Of a DNA stretch of 64,000 bases, positions 19,010 through 28,003 are shown in pieces (positions within the stretch are counted from its first letter, which is position 1; each line of letters starts with the position of its first letter). Position numbers and translations under genes: made by a program. The notes beneath the pieces were generated by a model. The model was not told where the DNA came from, searched no databases, and saw only the letters and a list, made by a program, of their open reading frames with translations. The DNA is from Candidatus Latescibacterota bacterium (GTDB taxonomy: Bacteria > Latescibacterota > UBA2968 > GCA-2709665). The stretch covers positions 3,456,001-3,520,000 of the forward strand of contig OZ242358.1 of the NCBI GenBank assembly GCA_965208835.1, given 5' to 3'.

Positions 19010-19942
19010 TCAGTCCAGTGGCCGCCGCGCAAAGCCGAACCCCTCGGCAGCCTGAAGCACCCGTTCATTCAGCCGGTCCGCATGCAACAATGTTTCACGA
19101 TCCGGAGTCAACGCGAGGCTGCGTACCGTCGTATGTCCGATGATACCCCTCGCGGCCAGCAGTCTCTTTTCCACCGCCAGGTACAGCTCCATGTCCTGAA
19201 GCGAGAAGACGATCTGCGCCAGGATCCCATCGAACACGTCCAGCGCGCCGTCCACGTCGCCGGCCGACCCCAGCTCCCAGATTCGATTCATCACATCCGC
19301 GTGCCCGAGCCCGGGCATCACGCCCGCGACGCCCCAGTCGAACAGATCCGGCATGTACATTCCGCCCCATCCCTCCAGCACGGCAACCTGGTCATTCGTC
19401 GCCTCCCGAATCCCGCGAAGCTTGGGGCCCAGAAGCGGTTCCTCCAGCTTGATATACCTGAAATTCCCGCAGGATTCACGAAGTCGACGGCAGAAGGTCC
19501 CGTCGACGGTCGGCCCGCCGGGATTGAAGTCCTGTATCAGGACGGGGACCTGCACCGCGTCGCAGATGGTCCGGCAATAGGCCAGCAGGTCCGTTTCCGT
19601 CGTGCCGAACTGTCTCGGAATTGCAAAACTGATGACGTCGGCGCCGGCATCCTCGTTTGCCCGCGCGAAATTCGCCGACTGCCGCGCCGAAGGGTGGTTC
19701 GACTGACCGACGACCGGAATCCTCCCGGCGGCGGAAGACACCGCGGCGCGGACAACGGCAAGGCGCTCTCGTCCCGATTGCTTGTAAAACTCGCTCGCGT
19801 ACGCGGGCAAACAGACCGCCCCGATGCCGAAAGCCACCGCCGCCTCCACCTGCCGTCCGATATCTTCGAATACGATCTCTTCCCCGTCGTCAAACGGCGT
19901 TACCAGTACCGCCACGACCCCCCGGATATCTTCGATGGACAT
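19010..19942 (-). CDS. Dihydrodipicolinate synthase-family aldolase/dehydratase (not canonical DapA)
   Basis: GVVAVLVTPFD, AYASEFY, IQDF, YIKLE (Schiff-base Lys), GVAGVMPG. Confidence 0.85.
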   Translation of the reverse strand: MSIEDIRGVVAVLVTPFDDGEEIVFEDIGRQVEAAVAFGIGAVCLPAYASEFYKQSGRERLAVVRAAVSSAAGRIPVVGQSNHPSARQSANFARANEDAGADVISFAIPRQFGTTETDLLAYCRTICDAVQVPVLIQDFNPGGPTVDGTFCRRLRESCGNFRYIKLEEPLLGPKLRGIREATNDQVAVLEGWGGMYMPDLFDWGVAGVMPGLGHADVMNRIWELGSAGDVDGALDVFDGILAQIVFSLQDMELYLAVEKRLLAARGIIGHTTVRSLALTPDRETLLHADRLNERVLQAAEGFGFARRPLD

Positions 19943-20096
19943 ACCGATCCTCCAGCAACTCTGCAGTTGTGCGGCCGCATCCGTCCGCGGGATGCCGCGC
20001 AAGGAACGGGCGGCCCTGCGGCGAAAATGAACGAAACGACGATAACCGCGCCGCACAGGGGACGCCTGTTGTTAGAATTCACGACGCCGCCGGCGG

Positions 20097-20125
20097 TTGA
20101 CTCTGACGCATGGATATGTTAAATT
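20097..20125 (+). promoter_or_regulatory. Putative sigma70 promoter of rel
   Basis: TTGACT-17 bp-TAAATT with extended -10 TG. Confidence 0.6.
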
Positions 20126-20195
20126 GAAAGGCCGAATGGTGTCCGCCAAGAGACGGTCCCGGAACGTGGGCCGATCAAATCCGATGGAGGTCTCC

Positions 20196-22400
20196 GTGGC
20201 GCTGCTGACGGCTGGAACCAAATCCCTCCCGGCCATCGAATCCATTATCGAAACTGAGTCGGATTTTCCCGATCTTCAGAACCTGCTCCGGTCTGCGATC
20301 GATATCCGTCCGAACCAGAATCTGCGCCTCGTTGCCAAAGCCTACCACTTTGCCGAACTTGCCCATCGCGACCAGCAGCGCAAATCCGGCGATCCCGCCA
20401 TTTCCCACGCCGTGGCCGTGTGTCGCATCCTGATCGACCTCGGCCTCGACTCCGCCACCATCGCCGCCGGCCTGCTGCACGACGTCGTCGACGAGACCAG
20501 CGTTCCGCTTTCTCAGATCGAGTCCCATTTCGGGCATGAAATCGCCGGCCTCGTGGATGGCGTCTCCCGAATCAGGGATTTTTCCTTTCAGAGTCCCGAG
20601 TCCGAACAGGCCGAAAATTTCCGCAAGATGCTGCTCTCGATGGCCCGCGACATCCGTGTGGTTCTCGTCAAGCTGGCGGACCGCCTCCACAACATGCGCA
20701 CCCTGAAATTCATGCGGCCCGCAAGCCAGGAGCGTATGGTCTACGAGAGTCGCGATATCTACGCACCCCTTGCCCACCGGCTCGGCATGTCCCGAGTCCG
20801 GGCGGAACTTGAAGACCTCAGCCTCAAGTGGCTGGAACCGAAAGCGTACCGGTATATCCAGGAGAAGATCAACCTGACGCGAGAGGAGCGGGAGGCCTGC
20901 ATCGAAGCCGTCCGCAAACCGCTTGAGGAGGCGCTCGACAACGCCGGGATTCAGGCCGAAATGACGGGCCGCTCGAAGAATTTCAGCAGCATTTACAAGA
21001 AGATGAATGTGCGCGGAAAAACATTCAACGAAATCTACGATCTACTTGCGCTTCGTATTCTGGTTGGAACCGTTCCGGAATGCTACAATGTTCTGGGCCT
21101 CGTCCATACCATGTATCCGCCGGTCATCGCCCGCTTCAAAGACTTCATCGCCACGCCCAAGAGCAACATGTACCAGTCGCTTCACACCACGATCGTCGGC
21201 CCCAACGGCATGATGCTGGAGGTGCAGATCCGCACGCTGGAAATGCATCAGACCGCAGAGGTTGGCATCGCCGCCCATTGGCTGTACAAGGAAGGCAAGC
21301 GCGGCCCGTCGGAAATGGACCGGCATATGGCATGGCTGCGCAGCCTCCTGGAGTGGCAGCGTGAAACCAGCGATCCACGGGAATTCCTGGATGACCTGAA
21401 GGTGGATCTCTTCCCGAACGAGATCTTCGTCTTCACCCCCAAGGGCGACCTCATCCAGCTTCCGGAAGACGCTACCCCACTGGACTTTGCATTTGCGGTA
21501 CACACCGACGTCGGACTGCGATGTACCGGCAGCCGCGTGGACGACCAGATGGTCCCTCTGTCAACGCCGCTGGAAACGGGCAGCACCGTCGAGGTGATGA
21601 CGTCACCACACCAGCGACCCAACCGTGACTGGCTCGATTTTGTCAAGAGCGCGAAAGCCCGCAGCCGGATCAAGCGCTGGTTGCGCGAGGAAGCGTATTC
21701 TCAAAGCGTCCGGCTTGGCCAGGACATCCTGGACCGCGAACTCAAACGGCGACGTAAACGCACCGCCGAGGACAAACTCGAGTCTGCAGCCGCACACTTC
21801 AACCTCCGGGACATTGAACATCTCTACGCCAGCCTGGGCAACGGGACCGTTTCACTTGAACGGGTGGTTCATCAGATCTTTCCCGCGGCCCGGCCAGCCC
21901 CGAAACGGCAGCGTCCGGAACCCAGGAAGAGCGAGAAAAAAAACCCGATCGTCATTCACAGTCTGAATCACCTGATGATCCAGTTCGCCCGTTGCTGCCA
22001 GCCCATATATGGCGACGTCGTTCTCGGCGTCATTACCCGCGGCAAGGGAATCTCCGTTCACCGGAGGGATTGTCACAACGTTTCAAACCTTCCCGAAGGC
22101 CGCGTACGGCTGATTGACGTCGACTGGAACTCGGAAGAAGAGACGACATTCACGGTGCAGATACGCGTCAATGGCGTCGACCGCCCGAACTTTCTGCGCG
22201 ACATCAGCGAGGCCATATCGGGTCTTGGCGTGCCTGTGGTCGATGGAAGGCTGAACACTGACGGCGGCCACGTCGGTAACAGGTTTACCGTCGAGGTCAG
22301 AAACGTCGCACAGCTCCGGGACCTCCGGAAAAAAATCCTGTCCGTGCCGGGCGTCTCATCCGTCCAGCGTATAAACGGGACTTCTGACGACGTCCTGTAA
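20196..22400 (+). CDS. relA: Long RelA/SpoT homologue, (p)ppGpp synthetase/hydrolase (HD-SYNTH-TGS-ZFD-ACT)
   Basis: KLADRLHNMRTL, YAPLAHRLG, RFKD...YQSLHT, EVQIRT, AAHWLYK, FTPKG, CCQPIYGD. Confidence 0.95.
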   Translation: MALLTAGTKSLPAIESIIETESDFPDLQNLLRSAIDIRPNQNLRLVAKAYHFAELAHRDQQRKSGDPAISHAVAVCRILIDLGLDSATIAAGLLHDVVDETSVPLSQIESHFGHEIAGLVDGVSRIRDFSFQSPESEQAENFRKMLLSMARDIRVVLVKLADRLHNMRTLKFMRPASQERMVYESRDIYAPLAHRLGMSRVRAELEDLSLKWLEPKAYRYIQEKINLTREEREACIEAVRKPLEEALDNAGIQAEMTGRSKNFSSIYKKMNVRGKTFNEIYDLLALRILVGTVPECYNVLGLVHTMYPPVIARFKDFIATPKSNMYQSLHTTIVGPNGMMLEVQIRTLEMHQTAEVGIAAHWLYKEGKRGPSEMDRHMAWLRSLLEWQRETSDPREFLDDLKVDLFPNEIFVFTPKGDLIQLPEDATPLDFAFAVHTDVGLRCTGSRVDDQMVPLSTPLETGSTVEVMTSPHQRPNRDWLDFVKSAKARSRIKRWLREEAYSQSVRLGQDILDRELKRRRKRTAEDKLESAAAHFNLRDIEHLYASLGNGTVSLERVVHQIFPAARPAPKRQRPEPRKSEKKNPIVIHSLNHLMIQFARCCQPIYGDVVLGVITRGKGISVHRRDCHNVSNLPEGRVRLIDVDWNSEEETTFTVQIRVNGVDRPNFLRDISEAISGLGVPVVDGRLNTDGGHVGNRFTVEVRNVAQLRDLRKKILSVPGVSSVQRINGTSDDVL

Positions 22401-22470
22401 GCAGTTCCGGTTGCCGCGCCCCCGCGCTATTCAAGACGACCCACTCCAACGATGCGCGCGACAACGGTTG

Positions 22471-25113
22471 TCAACCGCTGTTCTTCCTGCCTTCTACGTC
22501 CTTTTTCCACCGATCCAGAGTAACCAGGGCCTCCAGCGGCGTGGTCTTGCCCAGGTCCAGATTGCGCAACTCGGTCAGGACCGGGTCTTCAGGAGGCGCG
22601 TCAAACAGATTCATCTGTCCCATGGCCACGGCAGGCTCACGACTCACCGAGGCCTGCGTTTTCTTTTCGGCCGGGGTCAGGTCGTTTGTTTCCAGCCTGC
22701 GCAGCACTTCACGGGCTCTCGCGATCAGGTTGCGAGGCATTCCGGCAAGCCGTGCCACCTCGATGCCGTAACTGTGGTCGCATCCCCCTGGCACCAGCCG
22801 GTGCAGAAACGTCACGTTATCGCCTTCCTCCCTGACCGCCACGCTGTAATTCTTCACCCTTGGAAGCAATTCCTCGAGTTCCGTCAATTCATGATAGTGC
22901 GTGGCAAACAGCGTCCTTGGTTGTATAGACGCTGTATTGTGCAGATATTCCGTCATTGCCCAGGCAATGCTCAGCCCGTCGAACGTACTGGTGCCGCGGC
23001 CGATTTCATCCAGAAGCACCAGGCTTCTGGTGCTGGCGTTGTTCAGGATGTTTGCCGCCTCGTTCATCTCCACAAGAAACGTCGATTCGCCCCTGGCCAG
23101 GTTGTCGGACGCCCCCACACGTGTAAAAATCCGGTCCACCACACCGACTCGCGCGGCTCTTGCCGGAACAAAGCTGCCCAGTTGCGCCAGCAGGACAATC
23201 AGGCCGATCTGTCTCAATATCGTGGATTTCCCGGCCATATTCGGACCGGTTATAATAAGCACCTGTTCGTGTTCACCATCCACGAAGAAATCGTTGGGCA
23301 CAAACGTGCCCGCCGGCAGCAGCCCTTCAACGACGGGATGACGACCCTCCCGGATATCGATTCCCGTGGAATCGTCCACTTCCGGGCGGACGTAGTCGTT
23401 GACCGCGGCGACCTCTGCCAGACATGCCAGCACGTCCACCACCGCCACGGAACGCGCAGTCCGCTGCACGCCGTCCACCCAGGTCTCAACTTCGCCCCTG
23501 AGTTGCTGAAACAGCTCTTTCTCGAGTTCCTTCGCCCGTTCGTCGGCGCCAAGGATCTTTGCTTCCCACTCTTTCAATGCCGGTGTAATGAAGCGCTCCG
23601 CGTTCACCAGGGTCTGCTTGCGCAGGTAGTCGTCCGGAGCCTTGTCCATGTTCGCCTTCGTGATTTCGATATAGTACCCGAACGCCTTGTTGTATCCGAC
23701 CTTGAGCGACGGAATGCCGGTACGTTCCCTCTCTTTCGCCTGCAATTCAGCCACCCAGCGGCGTCCTCCTGACGCCGCGTCGCGAAGTTCGTCGAGTTCC
23801 GCGTTATGGCCTTCCCGGATGATGCCCCCGTCACTCAACTGGAAGGGCGGCTCATCCACAACCGTGCGGCCGATAAGCTCAACCAGTTCGTCCATGTCCG
23901 GCAACCCATGACGCCTCGCCTTCACCAGCAGTTCCGCCGCGGCCTCATCCAGCGTGTCCCGCAGAACGGGTATGGCCTCAAGCGACGTCTTGAGCGCGAC
24001 GAGATCCCTGGGGCTGCAGCGCCCGCAGCAGATGCGAGACATCAACCGTTCGAGGTCGCCGACATGCTTGAGTGCCGTGCGGACCGACTCCCGCCGCACC
24101 GGATGCCGCACGAAATCTTCCACGGCATCATGCCTGGATTCGATCCGCGAAATATCCAGCAGTGGTTGCGAAAGCCACGCCCGTAGCGTCCGCGCCCCCA
24201 TGGCGGTGCTGGTGCGGTCCATCAGGGACAGCAGCGTACCTTCCCGCCGGCCTTCCTGTATTGACGTGATCAGCTCCAGATTCCGCTGGGTTACCAGGTC
24301 GAGGCCCATGCACGCGCTTTCGGTCTCACGTGACAGACGCGTGATGTGAGAGACCGCGCCCTTCTGGTTCTGCTTCAGATAGGCCAGCACCGCACCGGCC
24401 GCACTGACGCCCAACGTCAGCAGGTCGCATCCGAAGCCCTTTAGCGAATTGACCTGGAAGTGTTCCAGCAGCAAGTCGTGCGCATATGCAAATCCGAAAT
24501 GCCAGTCTTCCGCGCGTACGAGTAGCGTGCCCGGCATTCGTCGCGCTAACTCATCCTCGTTGGCTTCAACCCAGGATTCGGGTGCGAGTACTTCGGCAGG
24601 GCCGATTCGCTCCAGCACTTCCCACAGATCGTCCGCATCCCGCTCCATGGTGCGAAAATCACCTGTGGACAGATCCGTAACCGCAGCGCCCAGCCGGTTG
24701 GACTCCACCCAGAAACCCAGCAGATAGTTGTTCCGGTTCTGATCGAGCAGGTTATCCGAGAGCGCCGTACCTGGAGACACCACCTGGACGACCTCGCGGC
24801 GCACAACCGCCTTGCCTTTCTGTGGCGCCTCCATCTGTTCGCAGATGGCGACCTTGCGGCCGGCCTTGATCAACCTTGCAAGATAGGTATCGAGTGCGTG
24901 ATGAGGCACGCCGGCCATCGGCACACTCTCGCCTCCCCGGCCGTTGTTACGGGACGTCAATGCCAGACCGAGAAGGCCGGAGACCTCTTTGGCGTCGTCG
25001 TAGAACGTCTCGTAAAAGTCGCCCATTCTGAAGAGCAGTACGGCGTCCTTGTGTTCATCCTTGAAACGCAGGTACTGTTCCATTGCGGGCGTAACGTCTC
25101 TTGGCCGTGCCAT
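22471..25113 (-). CDS. mutS: DNA mismatch repair protein MutS
   Basis: TPAMEQY, FRMGDFYE, GPNMAGKST, STFLVEM, DEIGRGTST, FATHYHEL. Confidence 0.98.
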   Translation of the reverse strand: MARPRDVTPAMEQYLRFKDEHKDAVLLFRMGDFYETFYDDAKEVSGLLGLALTSRNNGRGGESVPMAGVPHHALDTYLARLIKAGRKVAICEQMEAPQKGKAVVRREVVQVVSPGTALSDNLLDQNRNNYLLGFWVESNRLGAAVTDLSTGDFRTMERDADDLWEVLERIGPAEVLAPESWVEANEDELARRMPGTLLVRAEDWHFGFAYAHDLLLEHFQVNSLKGFGCDLLTLGVSAAGAVLAYLKQNQKGAVSHITRLSRETESACMGLDLVTQRNLELITSIQEGRREGTLLSLMDRTSTAMGARTLRAWLSQPLLDISRIESRHDAVEDFVRHPVRRESVRTALKHVGDLERLMSRICCGRCSPRDLVALKTSLEAIPVLRDTLDEAAAELLVKARRHGLPDMDELVELIGRTVVDEPPFQLSDGGIIREGHNAELDELRDAASGGRRWVAELQAKERERTGIPSLKVGYNKAFGYYIEITKANMDKAPDDYLRKQTLVNAERFITPALKEWEAKILGADERAKELEKELFQQLRGEVETWVDGVQRTARSVAVVDVLACLAEVAAVNDYVRPEVDDSTGIDIREGRHPVVEGLLPAGTFVPNDFFVDGEHEQVLIITGPNMAGKSTILRQIGLIVLLAQLGSFVPARAARVGVVDRIFTRVGASDNLARGESTFLVEMNEAANILNNASTRSLVLLDEIGRGTSTFDGLSIAWAMTEYLHNTASIQPRTLFATHYHELTELEELLPRVKNYSVAVREEGDNVTFLHRLVPGGCDHSYGIEVARLAGMPRNLIARAREVLRRLETNDLTPAEKKTQASVSREPAVAMGQMNLFDAPPEDPVLTELRNLDLGKTTPLEALVTLDRWKKDVEGRKNSG

Positions 25114-25123
25114 CTGACGTTTC

Positions 25124-26224
25124 CTAGTTACGTTCAACGATTACACAATGCGCCACCCCGACCTCCTTCTCCACGCGGGGCTTCTGGGCTTCGGCGGCGG
25201 CCCGGTCAGGAAACGGCCCGACCAGCAGGACACGCAAACCGGGAACAATTGCCGCCTCGTCACGTACAGGAAATCCGGCCCGGACCAGCCGGCCGGAAGT
25301 GCGCCGCAGGCGCTCCCCGGATCCGAAAACACCCACACGCACCCAGATCCTGCCTGCCGAATCCCGGCTGTTCAGTAGTTCCTTGAGTACAGCCAGCCGC
25401 GCCCTGACGGCCGGCGGGGTGCTGCCTGCTCCCAGGGCGTCGGCCTCTTGCTCGGCCTCGCTGGTTCGACTGGCAAGCACGAGTGCCTCAATGCGGCCGA
25501 GGCGGGCGTGAGGGGCGATTGCTGCCTGGGGGGTGGCATCGATTATGGACTGAAAGGCGGAAAGCGCGGAGTCCGGCCGCTGGGTCGAAATGTAGACACA
25601 CCCCAGCCGGAACCGCGTCAGGGGCACCAGGGGACTGCTGCCGTATTCGTTCAGCAACTGCTTGTAAAGGTTTTCCGCACGAAAATAAAGCCCGGAGGGC
25701 CCGGCATAGTCCGCTTCCGCCAGTTCAAATAACGCGTCGTCCGCGAGTTCGTGCCGCGGGTGGGACTTCAGAAGGCGCCTGAAATAACCCCGTGATTTAG
25801 CGCCCTCCGGGGTCAGACGCCCCAGATAGTACAATGCCACCGGATTTTCGGGCTCGGCATTCAGCACGTGAGTGAAAGCGACTTTCGCACGGTCGAACCG
25901 CCCGTCTCGGAACAGCGCGACCGGATCCGCGGTATCATCGGAATGCAGGGGAATCGCCGGCAAAGCCAGAAAAATGAGGAAACTGACGCGCCGGATGCGG
26001 ATCAACGTCAACTTGCGCCTGAGAAGCTGTTTTAAAATTACCGGTGAGTTCCCGAGCGCGAGCGAAAATGTGGCGGTTAAGGCGGGAAAACCCGCCCATA
26101 TATTAATGTATCGTGGCTGCGCGCCCCTCGCCACTCTTGGGCGGGTTTGACCAACGCCGACCGCCGCTTTTGCAGCCGCGCGAAGACCGCTGGGAATTTT
26201 AAGACAGCTTCTGAGGGTGCACAT
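25124..26224 (-). CDS. TPR-repeat and SPOR-domain periplasmic protein; a MITE sits in frame in its 5' region, start uncertain (ATG 26224 or TTG 26011)
   Basis: Signal-like RIRRVSFLIFLALPAIPLHS; TPR helices (ALYYLG, DDALFELA); C-terminal WVRVGVF...RVLLVGPFPDRAAAE (SPOR). Confidence 0.75.
   Translation of the reverse strand: MCTLRSCLKIPSGLRAAAKAAVGVGQTRPRVARGAQPRYINIWAGFPALTATFSLALGNSPVILKQLLRRKLTLIRIRRVSFLIFLALPAIPLHSDDTADPVALFRDGRFDRAKVAFTHVLNAEPENPVALYYLGRLTPEGAKSRGYFRRLLKSHPRHELADDALFELAEADYAGPSGLYFRAENLYKQLLNEYGSSPLVPLTRFRLGCVYISTQRPDSALSAFQSIIDATPQAAIAPHARLGRIEALVLASRTSEAEQEADALGAGSTPPAVRARLAVLKELLNSRDSAGRIWVRVGVFGSGERLRRTSGRLVRAGFPVRDEAAIVPGLRVLLVGPFPDRAAAEAQKPRVEKEVGVAHCVIVERN
26023..26211. 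mobile_element. MITE family B, long copy (189 bp)
   Basis: Terminal inverted repeats GAAGCTGTTTTAAAATT / AATTTTAAGACAGCTTC flanked by a TGA direct repeat; homologous to 35882-35971. Confidence 0.85.
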
Positions 26225-26471
26225 ATGGATGCAATGCGAACGCCGGTACCCGGCAACGGTCTGGATGGAATGCGCGACGGGCGTTTTATCGGCGACGGCC
26301 GATGCCGATACCACGACGTGCCTTCTGACTCGGTTCCATCTTTCACCCGCCCGGGGTCGGGACGGGCAGGGTGGCCCGCTGCCGGCGACACGCGGTCAGG
26401 TATGAACGAATATACTCAGAGAACCGGAATCGGACCAGGCACAACGGCGATCGCGGCAGGTCCGCCCGCGA

Positions 26472-27794
26472 TCAGGGCAGTTCCGGACATTCCGCCCGCT
26501 CTCCGATGACCCGATTGCGTTGTACGTCAGTGAGACGCACAGGGGCGATGGCGTTCTTCGCGCTTTCGGGTCCCGGGGCATACACGCGGATGTAATTGTC
26601 GGTAACGCCCTGCAGGTATCCCGTTTCAGGCTCGCGTCTGTCTTCGAAGAGTACGTTCAGGGTCCGCCCCCTGAAACGGCGGTTGAACGCTTCTGTCTTC
26701 CGCTCGGCCAGACGCCTGAGCAGCGCGCCTCGTCTCTTCTTGACGGCCGCGTCCACCTCCGAGCCCATCTTCGCCGCGGACGTGCCGGCGCGCGGCGAAT
26801 AGGGAAACACGTGCAGGAATGCCAGAGGACCACTGTCAATCAGATCGAAGGTATTGGCAAACGCCTCTTCGGTCTCACCTGGAAAACCCACCATCACATC
26901 CGCGCCCAGGCCGATTTCGGGCACCCTTTCCGCCAGCGTCTTGATCAGTGAGAGATAACGCGCACGCGTATACGGCCTGCGCATCGATCTCAGAATCCCA
27001 TCGTCGCCGCTCTGAAGCGGAATATGCAGGTGCCTGCAGAACCGGGACGAAGACGAGAAGAAATCGACCATTGCATCGCTGATGTAAGACGCTTCGATGG
27101 AACTCACACGAAACCGCTGCAGCCCCTCGATCCGCTCGATGGCCTCGAACAGATCAAGCAGCCCGGGTCCATCCAGATCCGCACCGTAGTCTCCAATATG
27201 CACGCCTGCGAGGACGACCTCCTGATATCCTGCGTCAACCAGCCTCCGCACCTGGTCGAGACAGCTCTGCAGGCCGCGGCTCCGGCTGCGACCCCTCGCA
27301 AACGGTATAATGCAGAATGAACAGAACTCGTTGCATCCCTCCTGGATCTTCACGAACGCTCGCGCTCTTCCGCCGAAATTGAAGATATCCATGTCCTGAA
27401 ATTCAGCGGTTCGACGCCGGGTCACGTAGCTTCGTCCGATGGAACAGGTATCGTTGATCAGATCGAGCAGTTGGGTCTTCTCAGCCGTGCCGACAACGAG
27501 ATCGACTTCGGGCATCTCGATCAGCAAATCGGGATCGGTTTGCGCGTAACAGCCCATGGCCACAACCGTGCCTTCGGGCGATATCCGATGCGCCCGGCGC
27601 AACATCTGCCGGGACTGGGCGGCGCCCTGTCCCGTGACCGTACAGGTATTCACGACCGTAACATCCGCCGTACTTCCAAACACGACCTCCCGGTACCCTT
27701 CGTGTCTGAATTGCTCGCGGTACCATTCCGTATCGTAGGTATTCAACTTGCAGCCGAGCGTATAAAACGATACGGTTTTATCGTTTCCGTTCAT
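26472..27794 (-). CDS. mtaB: tRNA t6A37 methylthiotransferase
   Basis: TLGCKLN, VNTCTVT, radical-SAM motif KIQEGCNEFCSFCIIPFARG, HIPLQSG, VFPYSPRAGT. Confidence 0.92.
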   Translation of the reverse strand: MNGNDKTVSFYTLGCKLNTYDTEWYREQFRHEGYREVVFGSTADVTVVNTCTVTGQGAAQSRQMLRRAHRISPEGTVVAMGCYAQTDPDLLIEMPEVDLVVGTAEKTQLLDLINDTCSIGRSYVTRRRTAEFQDMDIFNFGGRARAFVKIQEGCNEFCSFCIIPFARGRSRSRGLQSCLDQVRRLVDAGYQEVVLAGVHIGDYGADLDGPGLLDLFEAIERIEGLQRFRVSSIEASYISDAMVDFFSSSSRFCRHLHIPLQSGDDGILRSMRRPYTRARYLSLIKTLAERVPEIGLGADVMVGFPGETEEAFANTFDLIDSGPLAFLHVFPYSPRAGTSAAKMGSEVDAAVKKRRGALLRRLAERKTEAFNRRFRGRTLNVLFEDRREPETGYLQGVTDNYIRVYAPGPESAKNAIAPVRLTDVQRNRVIGERAECPELP

Positions 27795-27941
27795 CCGTAC
27801 GCTTTCTGGCATGCACTGCCTGTGCCGCTTGCGTTGTTTGTGCTGAACTGGCTTGCATTGAGCTTGCTCGCATTGAGCTTGTCGAAATGTCGAAATGTCC
27901 AAGCAAGCCTGTCAGATTTCCGAAATCCGCAGTGTCCAAAC

Positions 27942-27977
27942 AACAAAGAGTTGAGGACAACTCCTCAACTCTTTGTT
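27942..27977 (-). terminator. Perfect 16-bp hairpin, probable rpsA terminator
   Basis: AACAAAGAGTTGAGGA-CAAC-TCCTCAACTCTTTGTT, just after the rpsA stop. Confidence 0.75.
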
Positions 27978-28003
27978 TCGAGCGAACCCGCTGTCCGTAC
28001 ACC

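Noticed and set aside
27795-27902. N-terminal extension of MtaB (QAQCEQAQCK)
   Set aside because: It arises from read-through of a REP-like remnant (GCATTGAGCTTG twice, TGTCGAAA twice); the conserved start is at 27794.
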